Of a DNA stretch of 64,000 bases, positions 56,850 through 64,000 are shown piece by piece; the first letter of the stretch is position 1, and every line of letters begins with the position of its first letter. The stretch is from the NCBI GenBank assembly GCA_001949185.1, contig BDGG01000006.1, forward strand, positions 1,222,827 to 1,286,826, written 5' to 3'. This stretch comes from Ramazzottius varieornatus (lineage: Eukaryota > Animalia > Tardigrada). The translations under genes were made by a program, and so were the position numbers. The notes under the pieces were generated by a model that worked only from the letters and a program-made list of their open reading frames with translations, was not told the origin of the DNA and did not search any database.

Positions 56850-57662
56850 TCCCACAAAAATCAAATCCAGCTGGAGGGAAAGTTGCGGTTGTTAAAGGAT
56901 GAAGCGTTGCGAAACGGGACAAGTTACATTCATGATTCTAGGATCGCCTCAAGATTTTATGCGGTAGTACAATCACTGTTACAAAAGGTTTCCATGTCGA
57001 CAGGCTCGTGCACTAGGAAGAGAGGAAATGATGCATCGAGCACTTCCGGTGCTGGACAAGGAAAGTTGCAGGCCTCTGACAATCAGCCTCTAGGGTCTCT
57101 CGACTACTCTTTCACGCTTAGTACCCCGCACCCTATTCCTCGTTAGTATTTTCTTGAAGCACAGGTGGAAAAACAGGAAGGTTCCCCGTTAGAACAGTTT
57201 TTTCCAGAGTATCAGGTTTGTTGAGGAAGACGATCTGCCGTCGAGTTCAGGTTTTGCGGAGCGATCAGGCATCCGCCCTGGCGGACAGCTATTCGCCGTC
57301 TTTCTATGAAAAACCTAACTACGTCACAACCCACCCGTAGACACCGTGCTATCGTCGTACGTACAACGGGTTGGTTTAGTGCAAACGGTGAATGGGCGGA
57401 GTGACCTTAATTCGGAAGAAAAATTCATTTTTCGCGAATTTCCTGTTTGTTTACATTTTGCCCATTTTCAGACGCGCACTTCCTCAGCCGATTACTTCCG
57501 CAATCCGCATTATTCCTTTACTCACGTAGTGTCTGTTGCAGGTTTAAAGGTAAAGCATCACCCTGTTCCCGAGGATTCCCTAGAGATAACGAAACAATGG
57601 AGGCCGCTGCTGCTTCGTTCCCATCCAAGTAGTAAGCCTTCACATTCCTTTTAGCAGCAAAG

Positions 57663-59830
57663 ATGGCTCCGATCAGCAGCAAGACGAGCCATCAGTCGGG
57701 CTCGGCTTCCTTTCCAGCCCTCTTCCTTCGTCGTCCTAAGTCCGCTATCGCCCCCACCAAAGCTATCGACGGAGTCAAGGACGTTTTTTGTAACAACTTG
57801 GAGGACGAAATGCAGGTGATCAGTCGCATAATGACGAAGTATCCCTATGTCGCGCTGGACACCGAATTTCCTGGCGTCCTGGGCCTTCCTTCGGGCGTAT
57901 TCAACACTCAGGCCGAGTACGAGTACGCTGTCTTCAAAGGGAACGTCGACCGAATGAAGATTATCCAGCTGGGCTTGAGCTTCTTCGACGAACGAGGCAA
58001 CCGTCCCAGTCCCATCCACACTTGGCAGTTCAACTTTCGCTACAATCTCCACGAAGAAGTTTTCGCTGAAGATTCGATCAAGGCAAGTGAACAATCAATC
58101 GAAACCTTAACGCTTCATTCATATTAGTTGAATTTGGATGGCATACTCCGCCTTCTTTCCAACTTGTCTCCTGTGCACTGCGCACTGCACTTGATGCGCA
58201 TGGCTTGGCTCCGCCTATACCTGTTACGGTGTACATATGATGTCACCCAAGTAACCGTGTTATGGTGGGCCGTTCAGCACGGAACCGCCATTCGCTCCCA
58301 GTGACTTGGAAACACGTGACAGCTTACCATTGTCTGTTTCGCCATTTTTGTCTTTTACGAAACATTGCCCAGTGTCAGGTCTCTGACCGCTCCTCCGTCG
58401 TTCCCACCCCTCAAACCTTTTACTGACTCTTGCTCGATGCTCCGCAGATGCTGATTGATTGTGGAATCGACTTCGAGCGCAACCAGTTCGTGGGAATCGA
58501 GCCTAACCACTTCGCCGAGCGAATGCTGACTTCCGGCTTGGTCTGCACCGACGAGGTCCACTTCCTCACTTTTCATTCCGCTTACGACTTTGGCTACCTC
58601 TTCAAGGTCCTCGAAGGCACCGAATACCTTCCTCCCACTGAAGCTGAGTTTCTTGATGTGCTTCGAATGTACTTTCCCAAGATTTACGACATCAAGTACA
58701 TGATTAAAGACTTTCCTTCTTTGAAAGGCGGCTTGCAGGTAAGTAAACCAGTTTCTCCCTGACATCAGACACCGAATTTGAAAACATCTCAAGAGGTTTC
58801 TGATGAGTTCCTCCTGCAGGATCTGGCCAACTACTTTGGCCTGACTCGTGTGGGGAATCAGCATCAGGCCGGAAGTGACAGTGCCTTGACTGGTCTGCTC
58901 TTTTTCCGCTTGAAGATGGACACGCTGCCTAAGGACTTGTCTCCGCTGATTGGTAAGATCTACGGTCTGTCGGGATCCTTTCCGGTGGAAAAGGTCTTCC
59001 ACTTAGACAACGTGGTTATTCGTGAGAAGCACGATGAAAGCATCCTCGGAAAGCTGGTCAGTTCGCTGGATACGACCCCCTACTCTTGGGAATCCGTCGC
59101 TGCCTACGCTGGTAAGACGCTCGTTTTCTCTTCCACGAGCCTAACAAAAGGTTCCAGAGTGCAAATATCTATCCGTAACCCGAATAACAGTAGGATTGAA
59201 ACCAAAATGGCTGAGGTTCACTGAAGAAGCTCATAATAGAAACCCCGTTGCAGTGACTTTGGCAGCTGTGGAAGAGTACTTTAAAGTACCGATCTAATCG
59301 GACAGAATGGGGTCCGGGTCCGTGTAAAAAGACTGCCCAAAACAGGGAGCATCTAGTGTGTATATGTCATGTNNNNNNNNNNNNNNNNNNNNNNNNNNNN
59401 NNNNNNNNNNNNNNNNNNNNNNGGACCCACTTCTGTCTGACTAGATACGTAGTTTAAAGTACTTTGGTTTCTAATGTTGACGGGTGCAGTCCGGATTTCG
59501 CGAGGATCATCGGAGGATGGCCCACACTGTTCGGTTCCCTCGGTTTCTGTTTGATTCGGCTTCTAGCTTACTTCCGCTTTCGTCTTGTGTTTTCGCGACT
59601 CTGAATGGAAGTTTGTAACTGATGGACTGTTTGTGTGTTTCGTAGAGTCGCTTGACTATGATGGAGTTTACGGGAACGGAAAGCAAGACGGAGGAAACTG
59701 TCCAGGAGCCTACCAACTCACTCCGGCGTCCAGCTTTGCTTCTTCGCACGCCTACCCTACAGTTACCGGACATCGCTTCCAGAACAATCGCCCATACGTC
59801 TCCCATAACGGAACTGTCTACTTCGCCTAG
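57663..59830 (+). CDS. CNOT7: CCR4-NOT deadenylase subunit CAF1/Pop2 (CNOT7/8)
   Basis: YVALDTEFPGV, KIIQLGLSF, TWQFNF, FHSAYDFGYL, IYDIKYM, GGLQ, HQAGSDSALTG; DEDDh residues intact. Exons 57663-58082 (GC donor), 58448-58738, 58820-59111, 59646-59830; the last join spans the assembly gap. Confidence 0.93.
59277..59461. mobile_element. Inverted-repeat element (TTAA-bounded) surrounding the assembly gap
   Basis: TACTTTAAAGTACCGATCTAATCGGACAGAATGGGGTCC pairs with GGACCCACTTCTGTCTGACTAGATACGTAGTTTAAAGTA. Confidence 0.7.
59373..59422. other. Assembly gap (50 N)
   Basis: Run of N. Confidence 1.
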
Positions 59831-60563
59831 AAAGGGTCCTCAAGTACAAAGTCACCTCTCCGCCTCGCGGAAAGAATCTAGATGAACATTAAACTCAGTA
59901 ACCTTCCTGCTCTTTTGAATTCCATATCAAAATTCCTGTTTACTGAACCATTCTTTCTTGTTTCATTCTTCCATGGTTGCCTCCTGGCCATCTTTTTCGA
60001 TCTTTGTGTTTTCCCGTCTCGAAATATTTAGAAGTGTTACCTAGCTTTCCACACTTTCATATTTCAGAAAAAAGTGAAGTGGAAGAGTCTTCCTGCAGAA
60101 ATTTTTTACCTGTCGATGCATTTCCAAAGCAAACTTTCATGGAGGATTCTCGATTGATTGATATTACCAACATGGAGTAAAACGACGCTCCTTTCCTCGC
60201 TCCCCCCTTAGAATCCTCCAAGTTCTGACTGAGACTCTTACTTCGGATTTCGAAACGACCATGACGAACCGTTCGGTAGTTTATTTTTGCAAGCGGCGAT
60301 AACTTTCTCGACCGCGCAAATAACGCAGAAGGCAGCACAGAATAAAATCACTGTAAATGCTGCTGGAAATATTAGCTTGAAAAGTCAGTGCAGCACAAAT
60401 TCTTGGACAATTAATCGCTTAAGTGCACAGCACTCGGCAAAAGCTAGTGGTGTCGTTCTGGAATGCGAACTCCACAGAGCCAGCGACCCACAAGAGTAAA
60501 AATAAAAATTTTGAACCGTGTAAAAGACATCCGACAGAATTTAAACAGAGGACTGTTCAGAAG

Positions 60564-61746
60564 TTAGTGGACGCGACCAGGGTTGACGTTAGCTCCGAAC
60601 GTGGTGAGACGACGATCCATGCCATCGTTGTTAGCCATTCCGCCGGCTTGGTTCCAAGTGTTGAGGATATTCTGGTAGGCCCAGGCGCTATTAGGATCAC
60701 CAAAAGCCTGAAAAGAAACAGGTAGGAAACATTTGAGTTAATCAAGCCAATCAAAACCTCTAATCATGTCACTATCATGCGGAAACGGAACGAGTTCTTA
60801 CCGAAGAGTTCCAAGAAGGGATACCGTAGTTGGCTTGGGTGGTGTTGGAGTCGCTGCTGCCTGTCGACATGGCGGAAGTTCGTCCTGAAAGACCAGCAGG
60901 CAAGTTGAAGTCGGAAGTGGAGCCGTTGTCGCTGCCAGTGCGCGAAGTGGTGCGAACAGTACCCAACGGCGACGTCACGGTAGGCGTAGCTCCGCTCCAC
61001 TGTAGAGAAGCCAGCGCCAAGGAGTAGGCCTGAGGAGAGTAGTAGGGTAGGCCAGGAGCGCCCATCGGGAAGTAGTTGGGATAGGCGTAGGGCATCATGG
61101 GTATCGGGTATGGAGCGAAGGGATAGGTGGACTGCGTGGCGCAGGTGGTGTCTGATGTCAGTATCCCAGCACGACCCTGTCCACCACTTTGAACACGGCC
61201 TTGTTGCTGCAGCTTCAGCGGATCTTCCCGACGGAAAGCCTGGCACATGTTGAGCTTGACTCCCTTGACCGAGCACTTTTCACCTTCTCCCTGGAGCAGC
61301 GCCTTGTCAGCCACCGCCTTGTTCTTGAAGGTAGCAAACCCGTAACCGCGGAACTGGGAGCTGCCACGTTGCTTGATAAGGATCTCCACGGTCTCACCCG
61401 GACACAGTCGCGCAAAAAGATCTCGCAGGTCGTCCTCGTTTATGGCGTCTGTCAGGCCTCCGATGAAGATGCGGCTGCGAACGTAGATGCGCTGACGATC
61501 TTCTCGAGAGGACGAGACGATGGAAGGACCCTTGTTATCGACCGCAGAGGAGTTGTGGAAGACGCGCCCGTCGTTCTGGTGAAGGAAGGTCCGGTTGGAG
61601 GTGTTGTTGCTTCCTGCGTCGTCCATGATGTTGCGGAAGCTGTGAGGTTCGGAATGGAACGACGACTCAGCTTCCCGGGAAGCTTCCGACACGTGAGAGA
61701 GAGGAGTGGAGATGGCTGGAGCGAAGGTGCTAAAGGATTGAGGCAT
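60564..61746 (-). CDS. Single-RRM RNA-binding protein, boule/DAZ-like (divergent)
   Basis: RIFIGGL (RNP2), RGYGFATF (RNP1), KGVKLNMCQAFRR (boule KLNIGPAIRK), Tyr/Pro-rich segment; intron ~60800-60708 leads to last exon AFGDPNSAWAYQ...GRVH*. Confidence 0.75.
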
Positions 61747-62589
61747 TTCCGGGTGAGAACGACTTTCCGGGAGAGAACGACTTCTGACAAGGAAACCTGC
61801 AAAAGCACCTGACTGAAAAAAGACACAGCCACAGTTCTGGACAAGAACCGTTAGTAAACCTAGAAAGAAAAATGAAGTCAGTTAACATTCAGATCCGGTA
61901 AAACAGAAAAACAGGAAGTTTTCTTACCTTGAACAGCGTTGAAAACGGGAAGCTTTGCAATAAATCCACAAGAATGAAAACTGACGTTCTGTGAAAGGCT
62001 GACGAAAACTGCAGTCTGCTGACGGGTAGGCGGGCAGGGCGACTGTAAATTTTGTGGCTGTTTATCTCGCCTAATGGCTATCTGGCGAAGTAGGCAACGA
62101 AGTCCTACAACGATCTAAAGTTGAGCGATCAGGCGAGACTGGTCGGCCTTTAGATGCTGTGAAATGTGGGACGTGGCCCTGACCGCTGCCCAGAATGGGA
62201 ACAGCCCATGACTCACTGACGCTGCTCCCGTAAACGTGGAACTGGAAGTCTGGAAGACCTGTTGATTTTGGTCTTTTTAGACCGTACCTCCACCGCACTT
62301 CCACGTGGAATGGCACCGGTGTACTCGCTGTACTGGACGTGCAGGGTCGATCACGTGTGGGCTGCAACAGGTGGATTTTGACGTCATGGGCCAACACCGA
62401 TACTTAACACATCTGCGAGTTTTCAGATTTCAGGACTTTCTCTTCATCGAAGCGCTGCGAGTAGGATCACCCGAAACTTTCACCGTCCTGGTTGGCTGTG
62501 TTTCTAGGTACACTGAAGATGAAAAATATCGAGTGGGGATGGCAGGGAAATTCGAGGAAGCTCCGACAGCGTGGCGAGTGCCTCTTCAA

Positions 62590-62950
62590 AAAACATGAGC
62601 ATCGAAGGTGACGTCGTCTTCAGTGTTCCGAACAACTGAACGAGGATGGAGATATTCAGAAGATTCCTGCTCACAAGTAAGCCTAGATTGATCGTTTCTG
62701 TCTATCAAGATCCGGGTGTAATGGTAAGTTATACTAGGTTGATTCTTGCGATGGGGAGTCAAGTCTTCTGCGGAATGTCCATGGACCCGATGGCGAAAAA
62801 AGACGTGGCAGAAGTGACCATCCCAAACTACACGGCCGATGTCTTGAAGATCATGCTGCACTTTCTCTGCAGCGACCGAACAACAGACTTGACAGCAGGA
62901 ACGCGATGGAGGTAATAAGATGTGCTAACCAGTACAGTCAGGTCGTTCGA
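62590..62950 (+). pseudogene. BTB/POZ-domain gene remnant
   Basis: GDVVFSV, RLILAMGSQVFCGM..PMA..VTIPNYTADVLKIMLHFLCSD, then a frameshift to NAMEVIRCANQY; internal stop after VPNN. Confidence 0.7.
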
Positions 62951-63601
62951 AATCTGGTACGAGACCTCGTTCGAAACCTCGTACCTGATTATCCGATCTC
63001 AAAATAACGAAATGAGTCTAAAGACACGACAAGACACAAGACTGCCTGCCAAAAAGAATTTCGATTTGGGTATCTCCATGCGAGAATGCGTCCAAAGTAT
63101 TTTGGCTGGGAATCGATCTTTTATGACATGAAGTTGTTCGAAATATCGAACTGTATCAAAGGTTCAATTTGGTGCACTTTGGTGCGGTAATGAACACACA
63201 ACGGGTGGCTGAAAATTTACGCTGAAATTCACCCCAAAAGGAAGGGCGTATGCACTGTTTTTTGCCCGTGGGAAGCCGATGCCGCTTCCACATGAAATTT
63301 AGTGCAAAATTGGAGGGGAAGCATGGCACTAAATTCGGTAGGGAACTGCTGCGCATAACTCGCGGTAGCATTGTTCTTGAATTCAACGAAGATAAAACGT
63401 AAGGAGGTGAATGGGAATATTTAAGGTGGCAGGTTATTCAGCGAGGCTGGAAGATTCTATTGGGGATAAACGCGCGAGATTCTATGGAAGAATGAAACTT
63501 AAGCAAATGTTAAACTACCCATTTTTAAGTAGAAATGCGGTGCAGTAAAACGATGTAATTGCAAGAAGTAACTGAAGCGGGAGAATGCAGAAAAATCGGA
63601 G

Positions 63602-64000
63602 TCACTCTTTTCTTTGACGCTTGGGTGGTGCAGGAACAGAAGGCTGTAACGAAGGACTGGGCGTAGGCGGGTTTGGAGGAGCCGGAGCAGTCCTTCGCTT
63701 TGGAACAGCAACTGCAGGTGGCGCAGGGGCGTTTGTGGTAATAAACTTCTTCCACTCGTCTTGCTTGTTGTAAGTGACATGTTCCAGTACCTGTTTCAGC
63801 AGTTCTCTGGCTCTCGTTGCGGAGAACCCACCGGTCTCAAGAACTTTGACGGGAGCTTGTCGTACCAGTTTGCGGATCCGCACGATGGACGTCTGGTTCT
63901 TTGCCGCCTCCATCAGCACTTCGGTTGCTGGTCCTCCTTCCTTGGCACAGTGTCGAAGAATGACACCGCGCGCCTCGTCACGATGAAGTGTGAAGTGGTA
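63602..64000 (-). CDS. 3' part of an unknown protein with a Pro-rich, basic C-terminus (gene enters from the right edge)
   Basis: Frame open from the window edge to the stop at 63602; ends PAPPKRQRKE (NLS-like). Confidence 0.5.
   Translation of the reverse strand, partial: YHFTLHRDEARGVILRHCAKEGGPATEVLMEAAKNQTSIVRIRKLVRQAPVKVLETGGFSATRARELLKQVLEHVTYNKQDEWKKFITTNAPAPPAVAVPKRRTAPAPPNPPTPSPSLQPSVPAPPKRQRKE

Overview
Gene-dense, intron-containing genomic DNA from a compact invertebrate animal genome (many 50-100 nt spliceosomal introns; one 50-N assembly gap). Genes reconstructed by hand from splice signals and protein motifs, in order: first coding exon of CaMKII (-), KSR (+), a BEN-domain pseudogene (+), NDR/tricornered kinase (-), tRNA-Gln(CTG) (-), an intact BEN-domain gene (-), 6-phosphogluconate dehydrogenase (+), an orphan secreted Cys-rich protein (-), an SLC6 transporter (-), GRB2/drk (-), a Shisa-like membrane protein with two alternative last exons (+), a divergent RXR-like nuclear receptor (-) with a duplicated 3' end, a Ly6/Quiver protein (-), a UAP56/DDX39-like pseudo-helicase (+), SRSF10/12 (+), PTTG1IP (+), a PH-like protein (-), CAF1/CNOT7 (+), a boule-like RRM protein (-), a BTB pseudogene (+) and a partial unknown gene (-). 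Introns carry many small inverted-repeat elements: a decayed mariner, three hAT-type elements with 8-bp target duplications, several TA/TTAA MITEs, and two palindromic repeat families with conserved ~10-bp inverted half-sites at fixed spacing. The most novel candidates are the ATPase-less UAP56 paralog, the fixed-spacing palindrome families and the locally duplicated BEN gene family. All family assignments come from remembered motifs, not database searches, and exon boundaries are manual.
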